DNA of 64,000 nt from Eledone cirrhosa. Taxonomy: Eukaryota. Location: contig OZ024744.1 in NCBI GenBank assembly GCA_964016885.1, positions 115,134,001 to 115,198,000 of the forward strand. The letters are read 5' to 3'. Of this stretch, positions 23,201 through 38,200 are shown in pieces. The position numbers and the translations under genes are program-made. The first letter of the stretch is position 1. The number at the start of each line of letters is the position of its first letter. The notes beneath the pieces are model-generated. The model did not search any database. It was given only the letters and a program-made list of their open reading frames with translations, and was not told the DNA's origin.

Positions 23201-26200
23201 TGTTAAGGTGTTCACTTCACAACATAGGTGTAGGTATAGCTGTGTTGTTAAGGTGTTCACTTCACAACATAGGTGTAGGTATGGTTGTGTTGTTAAGGTG
23301 TTCACTTCACAACATAGGTGTAGGTATGGCTGTGTTGTTAAGGTGTCACTTCACAACATAGGTGTAGGTATGTCTGTGTTGTTAAGGTGTTCACTTCACA
23401 ACATAGGTGTAGGTATGGCTGTGTTGTTAAGGTGTTCACTTCACAACATAGGTGTAGGTATGGCTGTGTTGTTAAGGTGTCACTTCACAACATAGGTGTA
23501 GGTATGGCTGTGTTGTTAAGGTGTTCACTTCACAACATAGGTGTAGGTATAGCTGTGTTGTTAAGGTGTTCACTTCACAACATAGGTGTAGGTATGGTTG
23601 TGTTGTTAAGGTGTTCACTTCACAACATAGGTGTAGGTATGGCTGTGTTGTTAAGGAGTTCTCTTCACAACATAGGGGTAGGTATGGCTGTGTTGTTAAG
23701 GTGTTCACTTCACAACATAGGTGTAGACATGGCTGTGTTGTTAAGGTGTTCACTTCACAACATAGGTGTAGGTATGGCTGTGTTGTTAAGGTGTCACTTC
23801 ACAACATAGGTGTAGGTATGGCTGTGTTGTTAAGGTGTTCACTTCACAACATAGGTGTAGGTATAGCTGTGTTGTTAAGGTGTTCACTTCACAACATAGG
23901 TGTAGGTATGTCTGTGTTGTTAAGGTGTTCACTTCACAACATAGGTGTAGGTATGGCTGTGTTGTTAAGGTGTTCACTTCACAACATAGGTGTAGGTATA
24001 GCTGTGTTGTTAAGGTGTTCACTTCACAACATAGGTGTAGACATGGCTGTGTTGTTAAGGTGTTCACTTCACAACATAGGTGTAGGTATGTCTGTGTTGT
24101 TAAGGTGTTCACTTCACAACATAGGTGTAGGTATGGCTGTGTTGTTAAGGTGTCACTTCACAACATAGGTGTAGGTATGGCTGTGTTGTTAAGGTGTTCA
24201 CTTCACAACATAGGTGTAGGTATGTCTGTGTTGTTAAGGTTTTCACTTCACAACATAGGTGTAGGTATGTCTGTGTTGTTAAGGTGTTCACTTCACAACA
24301 TAGGTGTAGGTATGTCTGTGTTGTTTAGGTGTTCACTTCACAACATAGGTGTAGGTATGGCTGTGTTGTTAAGGTGTTCACTTCACAACATAGGTGTAGA
24401 CATGGCTGTGTTGTTAAGGTGTTCACTTCACAACATAGGTGTAGGTATGGTTGTGTTGTTAAGGTGTTCACTTCACAACATAGGTGTAGACATGGCTGTG
24501 TTGTTAAGGTGTTCACTTCACAACATAGGTGTAGGTATGTCTGTGTTGTTAAGGTGTTCACTTCACAACATAGGTGTAGGTATGGCTGTGTTGTTAAGGT
24601 GTCACTTCACAACGTAGGTGTAGGTATGGCTGTGTTGTTAAGGTGTTCACTTCACAACATAGGTGTAGGTATGTCTGTGTTGTTAAGGTGTTCACTTCAC
24701 AACATAGGTGTAGGTATGGCTGTGTTGTTAAGGTGTTCACTTCATAACATAGGTGTAGGTATGTCTGTGTTGTTAAGGTGTTCACTTCACAACATAGGTG
24801 TATGTATGTCTGTGTTGTTAAGGTGTTCACTTCACAACATAGGTGTAGGTATGGCTGTGTTGTTAAGGTGTTCACTTCACAACATAGGTGTAGGTATGTC
24901 TGTGTTGTTAAGGTGTTCACTTCACAACATAGGTGTAGGTATGGTTGTGTTGTTAAGGTGTTCACTTGACAACATAGGTGTAGACATGGCTGTGTTGTTA
25001 AGGTGTTCACTTCACAACATAGGTGTAGGTATGTCTGTGTTGTTGAGGTGTTCACTTCACAACATAGGTGTAGGTATGGTTGTGTTGTTAAGGTGTTCAC
25101 TTCATGACATAGGTGTAGACATGGCTGTGTTGTTAAAGTGTCACTTCCCAACATAGGTGTAGGTTTGTCTGTGTTGTTAAGGTGTTCACTTCACAACATA
25201 GGTGTAGGTATGTCTGTGTTAAGGTGTAGACATGGCTGTGTTGTTAAGGTGTTCACTTCACAACATAGGTGTAGGTATGGCTGTGTTAAGGTGTTTACTT
25301 CACAACATAGGTGTAGGTATAGCTGTGTTGTTAAGGTGTTCACTTCACAACATAGGTGTAGGTATGGCTGTGTTGTTAAGGTGTTCACTTCACAACATAG
25401 GTGTAGGTATGGCTGTGTTGTTAAGGTGTTTACTTCACAACATAGGTGTAGGTATGGCTGTGTTGTTAAGGTGTTTACTTCACAACATAGGTGTAGGTAT
25501 GGCTGTGTTGTTAAGGTGTCACTTCACAACATAGGTGTAGGTATGGCTGTGTTGTTAAGGTGTTTACTTCACAACATAGGTGTAGGTATGGTTGTGTTGT
25601 TAAGGTGTTCACTTCACAACATAGGTGTAGGTATGGCTGTGTTGTTAAGGTGTTCACTTCACAACATAGGTGTAGACATGGCTGTGTTGTTAAGGTGTTC
25701 ACTTCACAACATAGGTGTAGGTATGGCTGTGTTGTTAAGGTCTTCACTTCACAACATAGGTGTAGGTATGTCTGTGTTGTAAAGGTGTTCACTTCACAAC
25801 ATAGGTGTAGGTATGGCTGTGTTGTTAAGGTGTCACTTCACAACATAGGTGTAGGTATGGCTGTGTTGTTAAGGTGTTCACTTCACAACATAGGTGTAGG
25901 TATGGCTGTGTTGTTAAGGTGTTCACTTCACAACATAGGTGTAGGTATGGCTGTGTTGTTAAGGTGTCACTTCACAACATAGGTGTAGGTATGGCTGTGT
26001 TGTTAAGGTGTTCACTTCACAACATAGGTGTAGGTATGGCTGTGTTGTTAAGGTGTTCACTTCACAACATAGGTGTAGGTATGGCTGTGTTGTTAAGGTG
26101 TCACTTCACAACATAGGTGTAGGTATGGCTGTGTTGTTAAGGTGTTCACTTCACAACATAGGTGTAGGTATGGCTGTGTTGTTAAGGTGTTCACTTCACA

Positions 26201-29200
26201 ACATAGGTGTATGTATGTCTGTGTTGTTAAGGTGTTCACTTCACAACATAGGTGTAGGTATGGCTGTGTTGTTAAGGTGTTCACTTCACAACATAGGTGT
26301 AGGTATGGCTGTGTTGTTAAGGTGTTCACTTCACAACATAGGTGTAGGTATGTCTGTGTTGTTAAGGTGTTCACTTCACAACATAGGTGTAGGTATGGCT
26401 GTGTTGTTAAGGTGTCACTTCACAACATAGGTGTAGGTATGGCTGTGTTGTTAAGGTGTTCACTTCACAACATAGGTGTAGGTATGTCTGTGTTGTTAAG
26501 GTTTTCACTTCACAACATAGGTGTAGGTATGGCTGTGTTGTTAAGGTGTTCACTTCACAACATAGGTGTAGGTATGTCTGTGTTGTTAAGGTGTTCACTT
26601 CACAACATAGGTGTAGGTATGTCTGTGTTGTTTAGGTGTTCACTTCACAACATAGGTGTAGGTATGGCTGTGTTGTTAAGGTGTTCACTTCACAACATAG
26701 GTGTAGACATGGCTGTGTTGTTAAGGTGTTCACTTCACAACATAGGTGTAGGTATGGTTGTGTTGTTAAGGTGTTCACTTCACAACATAGGTGTAGACAT
26801 GGCTGTGTTGTTAAGGTGTTCACTTCACAACATAGGTGTAGGTATGTCTGTGTTGTTAAGGTGTTCACTTCACAACATAGGTGTAGGTATGGCTGTGTTG
26901 TTAAGGTGTCACTTCACAACGTAGGTGTAGGTATGGCTGTGTTGTTAAGGTGTTCACTTCACAACATAGGTGTAGGTATGTCTGTGTTGTTAAGGTGTTC
27001 ACTTCACAACATAGGTGTAGGTATGGCTGTGTTGTTAAGGTGTTCACTTCATAACATAGGTGTAGGTATGTCTGTGTTGTTAAGGTGTTCACTTCACAAC
27101 ATAGGTGTATGTATGTCTGTGTTGTTAAGGTGTTCACTTCACAACATAGGTGTAGGTATGGCTGTGTTGTTAAGGTGTTCACTTCACAACATAGGTGTAG
27201 GTATGTCTGTGTTGTTAAGGTGTTCACTTCACAACATAGGTGTAGGTATGGTTGTGTTGTTAAGGTGTTCACTTGACAACATAGGTGTAGACATGGCTGT
27301 GTTGTTAAGGTGTTCACTTCACAACATAGGTGTAGGTATGTCTGTGTTGTTGAGGTGTTCACTTCACAACATAGGTGTAGGTATGGTTGTGTTGTTAAGG
27401 TGTTCACTTCATGACATAGGTGTAGACATGGCTGTGTTGTTAAAGTGTCACTTCCCAACATAGGTGTAGGTTTGTCTGTGTTGTTAAGGTGTTCACTTCA
27501 CAACATAGGTGTAGGTATGTCTGTGTTAAGGTGTAGACATGGCTGTGTTGTTAAGGTGTTCACTTCACAACATAGGTGTAGGTATGGCTGTGTTAAGGTG
27601 TTTACTTCACAACATAGGTGTAGGTATAGCTGTGTTGTTAAGGTGTTCACTTCACAACATAGGTGTAGGTATGGCTGTGTTGTTAAGGTGTTCACTTCAC
27701 AACATAGGTGTAGGTATGGCTGTGTTGTTAAGGTGTTTACTTCACAACATAGGTGTAGGTATGGCTGTGTTGTTAAGGTGTTTACTTCACAACATAGGTG
27801 TAGGTATGGCTGTGTTGTTAAGGTGTCACTTCACAACATAGGTGTAGGTATGGCTGTGTTGTTAAGGTGTTTACTTCACAACATAGGTGTAGGTATGGTT
27901 GTGTTGTTAAGGTGTTCACTTCACAACATAGGTGTAGGTATGGCTGTGTTGTTAAGGTGTTCACTTCACAACATAGGTGTAGACATGGCTGTGTTGTTAA
28001 GGTGTTCACTTCACAACATAGGTGTAGGTATGGCTGTGTTGTTAAGGTGTTCACTTCACAACATAGGTGTAGGTATGGCTGTGTTGTTAAGGTCTTCACT
28101 TCACAACATAGGTGTAGGTATGTCTGTGTTGTAAAGGTGTTCACTTCACAACATAGGTGTAGGTATGGCTGTGTTGTTAAGGTGTCACTTCACAACATAG
28201 GTGTAGGTATGGCTGTGTTGTTAAGGTGTTCACTTCACAACATAGGTGTAGGTATGGCTGTGTTGTTAAGGTGTTCACTTCACAACATAGGTGTAGGTAT
28301 GGCTGTGTTGTTAAGGTGTCACTTCACAACATAGGTGTAGGTATGGCTGTGTTGTTAAGGTGTTCACTTCACAACATAGGTGTAGGTATGGCTGTGTTGT
28401 TAAGGTGTTCACTTCACAACATAGGTGTAGGTATGGCTGTGTTGTTAAGGTGTCACTTCACAACATAGGTGTAGGTATGGCTGTGTTGTTAAGGTGTTCA
28501 CTTCACAACATAGGTGTAGGTATGGCTGTGTTGTTAAGGTGTTCACTTCACAACATAGGTGTATGTATGTCTGTGTTGTTAAGGTGTTCACTTCACAACA
28601 TAGGTGTAGGTATGGCTGTGTTGTTAAGGTGTTCACTTCACAACATAGGTGTAGGTATGGCTGTGTTGTTAAGGTGTTCACTTCACAACATAGGTGTAGG
28701 TATGGCTGTGTTGTTAAGGTGTTCACTTCACAACATAGGTGTAGGTATGTCTGTGTTGTTAAGGTGTCACTTCACAACATAGGTGTAGGTATGGCTGTGT
28801 TGTTAAGGTGTTCACTTCACAACATAGGTGTAGGTATGGTTGTGTTGTTAAGGTGTTCACTTCACAACATAGGGGTAGGTATGGCTGTGTTGTTAAGGTG
28901 TTCACTTCACAACATAGGTGTAGGTATGGCTGTGTTGTTAAGGTGTTCACTTCACAACATAGGTGTAGGTATGGCTGTGTTGTTAAGGTGTTCACTTCAC
29001 AACATAGGTGTAGGTATGGTTGTGTTGTTAAGGTGTTCACTTCACAACATAGGTGTAGGTATAGCTGTGTTGTTAAGGTGTTCACTTCACAACATAGGTG
29101 TAGACATGGCTGTGTTGTTAAGGTGTTCACTTCACAACATAGGTGTAGGTATGGTTGTGTTGTTAAGGTGTTCACTTCACAACATAGGTGTAGGTATGGC

Positions 29201-32200
29201 TGTGTTGTTAAGGTGTCACTTCACAACATAGGTGTAGGTATGTCTGTGTTGTTAAGGTGTTCACTTCACAACATAGGTGTAGGTATGGTTGTGTTGTTAA
29301 GGTGTTCACTTCACAACATAGGTGTAGGTATGGCTGTGTTGTTAAGGTGTTCACTTCACAACATAGGTGTAGGTATGGTTGTGTTGTTAAGGTGTTCACT
29401 TCACAACATAGGTGTAGGTATGTCTGTGTTGTTAAGGTGTCACTTCACAACATAGGTGTAGGTATGGCTGTGTTGTTAAGGTGTTCACTTCACAACATAG
29501 GTGTAGGTATGGTTGTGTTGTTAAGGTGTTCACTTCACAACATAGGTGTAGGTATGGCTGTGTTGTTAAGGTGTCACTTCACAACATAGGTGTAGACATG
29601 GCTGTGTTGTTAAGGTTTTCACTTCACAACATAGGTGTAGGTATGGCTGTGTTGTTAAGGTGTCACTTCACAACATAGGTGTAGGTATGTCTGTGTTGTT
29701 AAGGTGGCACTTCACAACATAGGTGTAGGTATGGCTGTGTTGTTAAGGTGTTCACTTCACAACATAGGTGTAGGTATGTCTGTGTTGTTAAGGTGTTCAC
29801 TTCACAACATAGGTGTAGGTATAGCTGTGTTGTTAAGGTGTTCACTTCACAACATAGGTGTAGGTATGGCTGTGTTGTTAAGGTGTTCACTTCACAACAT
29901 AGGTGTAGGTATAGCTGTGTTGTTAAGGTGTTCACTTCACAACATAGGTGTAGGTATGGTTGTGTTGTTAAGGTGTTCACTTCACAACATAGGTGTAGGT
30001 ATGGCTGTGTTGTTAAGGTGTCACTTCACAACATAGGTGTAGGTATGTCTGTGTTGTTAAGGTGTTCACTTCACAACATAGGTGTAGGTATGGCTGTGTT
30101 GTTAAGGTGTTCACTTCACAACATAGGTGTAGGTATAGCTGTGTTGTTAAGGTGTTCACTTCACAACATAGGTGTAGGTATGGTTGTGTTGTTAAGGTGT
30201 TCACTTCACAACATAGGTGTAGGTATGGCTGTGTTGTTAAGGAGTTCTCTTCACAACATAGGGGTAGGTATGGCTGTGTTGTTAAGGTGTTCACTTCACA
30301 ACATAGGTGTAGACATGGCTGTGTTGTTAAGGTGTTCACTTCACAACATATGTGTAGGTATGGCTGTGTTGTTAAGGTGTTCACTTCACAACATAGGTGT
30401 AGGTATGGCTGTGTTGTTAAGGTGTTCACTTCACAACATAGGTGTAGGTATAGCTGTGTTGTTAAGGTGTTCATTTCACAACATAGGTGTAGGTATGGTT
30501 GTGTTGTTAAGGTGTTCACTTCACAACATAGGTGTAGGTATGGCTGTGTTGTTAAGGTGTCACTTCACAACATAGGTGTAGGTATGTCTGTGTTGTTAAG
30601 GTGTTCACTTCACAACATAGGTGTAGGTATGGCTGTGTTGTTAAGGTGTTCACTTCACAACATAGGTGTAGGTATGGCTGTGTTGTTAAGGTGTCACTTC
30701 ACAACATAGGTGTAGGTATGGCTGTGTTGTTCAGGTGTTCACTTCACAACATAGGTGTAGGTATAGCTGTGTTGTTAAGGTGTTCACTTCACAACATAGG
30801 TGTAGGTATGGTTGTGTTGTTAAGGTGTTCACTTCACAACATAGGTGTAGGTATGGCTGTGTTGTTAAGGAGTTCTCTTCACAACATAGGGGTAGGTATG
30901 GCTGTGTTGTTAAGGTGTTCACTTCACAACATAGGTGTAGACATGGCTGTGTTGTTAAGGTGTTCACTTCACAACATAGGTGTAGGTATGGCTGTGTTGT
31001 TAAGGTGTCACTTCACAACATAGGTGTAGGTATGGCTGTGTTGTTAAGGTGTTCACTTCACAACATAGGTGTAGGTATAGCTGTGTTGTTAAGGTGTTCA
31101 CTTCACAACATAGGTGTAGGTATGTCTGTGTTGTTAAGGTGTTCACTTCACAACATAGGTGTAGGTATGGCTGTGTTGTTAAGGTGTTCACTTCACAACA
31201 TAGGTGTAGGTATAGCTGTGTTGTTAAGGTGTTCACTTCACAACATAGGTGTAGACATGGCTGTGTTGTTAAGGTGTTCACTTCACAACATAGGTGTAGG
31301 TATGTCTGTGTTGTTAAGGTGTTCACTTCACAACATAGGTGTAGGTATGGCTGTGTTGTTAAGGTGTCACTTCACAACATAGGTGTAGGTATGGCTGTGT
31401 TGTTAAGGTGTTCACTTCACAACATAGGTGTAGGTATGTCTGTGTTGTTAAGGTTTTCACTTCACAACATAGGTGTAGGTATGGCTGTGTTGTTAAGGTG
31501 TTCACTTCACAACATAGGTGTAGGTATGTCTGTGTTGTTAAGGTGTTCACTTCACAACATAGGTGTAGGTATGTCTGTGTTGTTTAGGTGTTCACTTCAC
31601 AACATAGGTGTAGGTATGGCTGTGTTGTTAAGGTGTTCACTTCACAACATAGGTGTAGACATGGCTGTGTTGTTAAGGTGTTCACTTCACAACATAGGTG
31701 TAGGTATGGTTGTGTTGTTAAGGTGTTCACTTCACAACATAGGTGTAGACATGGCTGTGTTGTTAAGGTGTTCACTTCACAACATAGGTGTAGGTATGTC
31801 TGTGTTGTTAAGGTGTTCACTTCACAACATAGGTGTAGGTATGGCTGTGTTGTTAAGGTGTTCACTTCACAACATAGGTGTAGGTATGTCTGTGTTGTTA
31901 AGGTGTTCACTTCACAACATAGGTGTAGGTATGGCTGTGTTGTTAAGGTGTTCACTTCATAACATAGGTGTAGGTATGTCTGTGTTGTTAAGGTGTTCAC
32001 TTCACAACATAGGTGTATGTATGTCTGTGTTGTTAAGGTGTTCACTTCACAACATAGGTGTAGGTATGGCTGTGTTGTTAAGGTGTTCACTTCACAACAT
32101 AGGTGTAGGTATGTCTGTGTTGTTAAGGTGTTCACTTCACAACATAGGTGTAGGTATGGTTGTGTTGTTAAGGTGTTCACTTGACAACATAGGTGTAGAC

Positions 32201-35200
32201 ATGGCTGTGTTGTTAAGGTGTTCACTTCACAACATAGGTGTAGGTATGTCTGTGTTGTTGAGGTGTTCACTTCACAACATAGGTGTAGGTATGGTTGTGT
32301 TGTTAAGGTGTTCACTTCATGACATAGGTGTAGACATGGCTGTGTTGTTAAAGTGTCACTTCCCAACATAGGTGTAGGTTTGTCTGTGTTGTTAAGGTGT
32401 TCACTTCACAACATAGGTGTAGGTATGTCTGTGTTAAGGTGTAGACATGGCTGTGTTGTTAAGGTGTTCACTTCACAACATAGGTGTATGTATGGCTGTG
32501 TTGTTAAGGTGTTCACTTCACAACATAGGTGTAGGTATGTCTGTGTTGTTAAGGTGTTCACTTCACAACATAGGTGTAGGTATGGTTGTGTTGTTAAGGT
32601 GTTCACTTCACAACATAGGTGTAGACATGGCTGTGTTGTTAAGGTGTTCACTTCACAACATAGGTGTAGGTATGTCTGTGTTGTTGAGGTGTTCACTTCA
32701 CAACATAGGTGTAGACATGGCTGTGTTGTTAAGGTGTCACTTCACAACATAGGTGTAGGTATGTCTGTGTTAAGGTGTTTACTTCACAACATAGGTGTAG
32801 GTATAGCTGTGTCGTTAAGGTGTTCACTTCACAACATAGGTGTAGGTATAGCTGTGTTGTTAAGGTGTTCACTTCACAACATAGGTGTAGGTATGGTTGT
32901 GTTGTTAAGGTGTTCACTTCACAACATAGGTGTAGACATGGCTGTGTTGTTAAGGTGTTCACTTCACAACATAGATGTAGGTATGGCTGTGTTGTTAAGG
33001 TGTTCACTTCACAACATAGGTGTAGACATGGCTGTGTTGTTAAGGTGTTCACTTCACAACATATGTGTAGGTATGGCTGTGTTGTTAAGGTGTTCACTTC
33101 ACAACATAGGTGTAGGTATGGCTGTGTTGTTAAGGTGTTCACTTCACAACATAGGTGTAGACATGGCTGTGTTGTTAAGGTGTTCACTTCACAACATATG
33201 TGTAGGTATGGCTGTGTTGTTAAGGTGTTCACTTCACAACATAGGTGTAGGTATGGCTGTGTTGTTAAGGTGTTCACTTCACAACATAGGTGTAGGTATA
33301 GCTGTGTTGTTAAGGTGTTCACTTCACAACATAGGTGTAGGTATGGTTGTGTTGTTAAGGTGTTCACTTCACAACATAGGTGTAGGTATGGCTGTGTTGT
33401 TAAGGTGTCACTTCACAACATAGGTGTAGGTATGTCTGTGTTGTTAAGGTGTTCACTTCACAACATAGGTGTAGGTATGGCTGTGTTGTTAAGGAGTTCT
33501 CTTCACAATATAGGGGTAGGTATGGCTGTGTTGTTAAGGTGTTCACTTCACAACATAGGTGTAGACATGGCTGTGTTGTTAAGGTGTTCACTTCACAACA
33601 TAGGTGTAGGTATGTCTGTGTTATTAAGGTGTTCACTTCACAACATAGGTGTAGGTATGGCTGTGTTGTTAAGGTGTTCACTTCACAACATAGGTGTAGG
33701 TATAGCTGTGTTGTTAAGGTGTTCACTTCACAACATAGGTGTAGACATGGCTGTGTTGTTAAGGTGTTCACTTCACAACATAGGTGTAGACATGGCTGTG
33801 TTGTTAAGGTGTTCACTTCACAACATAGGTGTAGGTATGTCTGTGTTGTTAAGGTGTTCACTTCACAACATAGGTGTAGGTATGGCTGTGTTGTTAAGGT
33901 GTCACTTCACAACATAGGTGTAGGTATGGCTGTGTTGTTAAGGTGTTCACTTCACAACATAGGTGTAGGTATGTCTGTGTTGTTAAGGTTTTCACTTCAC
34001 AACATAGGTGTAGGTATGGCTGTGTTGTTAAGGTGTTCATTTCACAACATAGGTGTAGGTATGTCTGTGTTGTTAAGGTGTTCACTTCACAACATAGGTG
34101 TAGGTATGTCTGTGTTGTTTAGGTGTTCACTTCACAACATAGGTGTAGGTATGGCTGTGTTGTTAAGGTGTTCACTTCACAACATAGGTGTAGACATGGC
34201 TGTGTTGTTAAGGTGTTCACTTCACAACATAGGTGTAGGTATGGTTGTGTTGTTAAGGTGTTCACTTCACAACATAGGTGTAGACATGGCTGTGTTGTTA
34301 AGGTGTTCACTTCACAACATAGGTGTAGACATGGCTGTGTTGTTAAGGTGTTCACTTCACAACATAGGTGTAGGTATGGCTGTGTTGTTAAGGTGTCACT
34401 TCACAACATAGGTGTAGGTATGGCTGTGTTGTTAAGGTGTTCACTTCACAACATAGGTGTAGGTATAGCTGTGTTGTTAAGGTGTTCACTTCACAACATA
34501 GGTGTAGGTATGTCTGTGTTGTTAAGGTGTTCACTTCACAACATAGGTGTAGGTATGGCTGTGTTGTTAAGGTGTTCACTTCACAACATAGGTGTAGGTA
34601 TAGCTGTGTTGTTAAGGTGTTCACTTCACAACATAGGTGTAGACATGGCTGTGTTGTTAAGGTGTTCACTTCACAACATAGGTGTAGGTATGTCTGTGTT
34701 GTTAAGGTGTTCACTTCACAACATAGGTGTAGGTATGGCTGTGTTGTTAAGGTGTCACTTCACAACATAGGTGTAGGTATGGCTGTGTTGTTAAGGTGTT
34801 CACTTCACAACATAGGTGTAGGTATGTCTGTGTTGTTAAGGTTTTCACTTCACAACATAGGTGTAGGTATGGCTGTGTTGTTAAGGTGTTCACTTCACAA
34901 CATAGGTGTAGGTATGTCTGTGTTGTTAAGGTGTTCACTTCACAACATAGGTGTAGGTATGTCTGTGTTGTTTAGGTGTTCACTTCACAACATAGGTGTA
35001 GGTATGGCTGTGTTGTTAAGGTGTTCACTTCACAACAGAGGTGTAGACATGGCTGTGTTGTTAAGGTGTTCACTTCACAACATAGGTGTAGACATGGCTG
35101 TGTTGTTAAGGTGTTCACTTCACAACATAGGTGTAGACATGGCTGTGTTGTTAAGGTGTTCACTTCACAACATAGGTGTAGGTATGTCTGTGTTGTTAAG

Positions 35201-38200
35201 GTGTTCACTTCACAACATAGGTGTAGGTATGGCTGTGTTGTTAAGGTGTCACTTCACAACGTAGGTGTAGGTATGGCTGTGTTGTTAAGGTGTTCACTTC
35301 ACAACATAGGTGTAGGTATGTCTGTGTTGTTAAGGTGTTCACTTCACAACATAGGTGTAGGTATGGCTGTGTTGTTAAGGTGTTCACTTCATAACATAGG
35401 TGTAGGTATGTCTGTGTTGTTAAGGTGTTCACTTCACAACATAGGTGTATGTATGTCTGTGTTGTTAAGGTGTTCACTTCACAACATAGGTGTAGGTATG
35501 GCTGTGTTGTTAAGGTGTTCACTTCACAACATAGGTGTAGGTATGTCTGTGTTGTTAAGGTGTTCACTTCACAACATAGGTGTAGGTATGGTTGTGTTGT
35601 TAAGGTGTTCACTTCACAACATAGGTGTAGGTATGTCTGTGTTGTTGAGGTGTTCACTTCACAACATAGGTGTAGGTATGTCTGTGTTAAGGTGTAGACA
35701 TGGCTGTGTTGTTAAGGTGTTCACTTCACAACATAGGTGTATGTATGGCTGTGTTGTTAAGGTGTTCACTTCACAACATAGGTGTATGTATGTCTGTGTT
35801 GTTAAGGTGTTCACTTCACAACATAGGTGTAGGTATGGCTGTGTTGTTAAGGTGTTCACTTCACAACATAGGTGTATGTATGTCTGTGTTGTTAAGGTGT
35901 TCACTTCACAACATAGGTGTATGTATGTCTGTGTTGTTAAGGTGTTCACTTCACAACATAGGTGTAGGTATGGCTGTGTTGTTAAGGTGTTCACTTCACA
36001 ACATAGGTGTAGGTATGTCTGTGTTGTTAAGGTGTTCACTTCACAACATAGGTGTAGGTATAGCTGTGTTGTTAAGGTGTTCACTTCACAACATAGGTGT
36101 AGACATGGCTGTGTTGTTAAGGTGTTCACTTCACAACATAGGTGTAGACATGGCTGTGTTGTTAAGGTGTTCACTTCACAACATAGGTGTAGGTATGTCT
36201 GTGTTGTTAAGGTGTTCACTTCACAACATAGGTGTAGGTATGGCTGTGTTGTTAAGGTGTCACTTCACAACATAGGTGTAGGTATGGCTGTGTTGTTAAG
36301 GTGTTCACTTCACAACATAGGTGTAGGTATGTCTGTGTTGTTAAGGTTTTCACTTCACAACATAGGTGTAGGTATGGCTGTGTTGTTAAGGTGTTCATTT
36401 CACAACATAGGTGTAGGTATGTCTGTGTTGTTAAGGTGTTCACTTCACAACATAGGTGTAGGTATGTCTGTGTTGTTTAGGTGTTCACTTCACAACATAG
36501 GTGTAGGTATGGCTGTGTTGTTAAGGTGTTCACTTCACAACATAGGTGTAGACATGGCTGTGTTGTTAAGGTGTTCACTTCACAACATAGGTGTAGGTAT
36601 GGTTGTGTTGTTAAGGTGTTCACTTCACAACATAGGTGTAGACATGGCTGTGTTGTTAAGGTGTTCACTTCACAACATAGGTGTAGACATGGCTGTGTTG
36701 TTAAGGTGTTCACTTCACAACATAGGTGTAGGTATGGCTGTGTTGTTAAGGTGTCACTTCACAACATAGGTGTAGGTATGGCTGTGTTGTTAAGGTGTTC
36801 ACTTCACAACATAGGTGTAGGTATAGCTGTGTTGTTAAGGTGTTCACTTCACAACATAGGTGTAGGTATGTCTGTGTTGTTAAGGTGTTCACTTCACAAC
36901 ATAGGTGTAGGTATGGCTGTGTTGTTAAGGTGTTCACTTCACAACATAGGTGTAGGTATAGCTGTGCTGTTAAGGTGTTCACCTCACAACATAGGTGTAG
37001 ACATGGCTGTGTTGTTAAGGTGTTCACTTCACAACATAGGTGTAGGTATGTCTGTGTTGTTAAGGTGTTCACTTCACAACATAGGTGTAGGTATGGCTGT
37101 GTTGTTAAGGTGTCACTTCACAACATAGGTGTAGGTATGGCTGTGTTGTTAAGGTGTTCACTTCACAACATAGGTGTAGGTATGTCTGTGTTGTTAAGGT
37201 TTTCACTTCACAACATAGGTGTAGGTATGGCTGTGTTGTTAAGGTGTTCACTTCACAACATAGGTGTAGGTATGTCTGTGTTGTTAAGGTGTTCACTTCA
37301 CAACATAGGTGTAGGTATGTCTGTGTTGTTTAGGTGTTCACTTCACAACATAGGTGTAGGTATGGCTGTGTTGTTAAGGTGTTCACTTCACAACATAGGT
37401 GTAGACATGGCTGTGTTGTTAAGGTGTTCACTTCACAACATAGGTGTAGACATGGCTGTGTTGTTAAGGTGTTCACTTCACAACATAGGTGTAGACATGG
37501 CTGTGTTGTTAAGGTGTTCACTTCACAACATAGGTGTAGGTATGTCTGTGTTGTTAAGGTGTTCACTTCACAACATAGGTGTAGGTATGGCTGTGTTGTT
37601 AAGGTGTCACTTCACAACGTAGGTGTAGGTATGGCTGTGTTGTTAAGGTGTTCACTTCACAACATAGGTGTAGGTATGTCTGTGTTGTTAAGGTGTTCAC
37701 TTCACAACATAGGTGTAGGTATGGCTGTGTTGTTAAGGTGTTCACTTCATAACATAGGTGTAGGTATGTCTGTGTTGTTAAGGTGTTCACTTCACAACAT
37801 AGGTGTATGTATGTCTGTGTTGTTAAGGTGTTCACTTCACAACATAGGTGTAGGTATGGCTGTGTTGTTAAGGTGTTCACTTCACAACATAGGTGTAGGT
37901 ATGTCTGTGTTGTTAAGGTGTTCACTTCACAACATAGGTGTAGGTATGGTTGTGTTGTTAAGGTGTTCACTTCACAACATAGGTGTAGGTATGTCTGTGT
38001 TGTTGAGGTGTTCACTTCACAACATACGTGTAGGTATGTCTGTGTTAAGGTGTAGACATGGCTGTGTTGTTAAGGTGTTCACTTCACAACATAGGTGTAT
38101 GTATGGCTGTGTTGTTAAGGTGTTCACTTCACAACATAGGTGTATGTATGTCTGTGTTGTTAAGGTGTTCACTTCACAACATAGGTGTAGGTATGGCTGT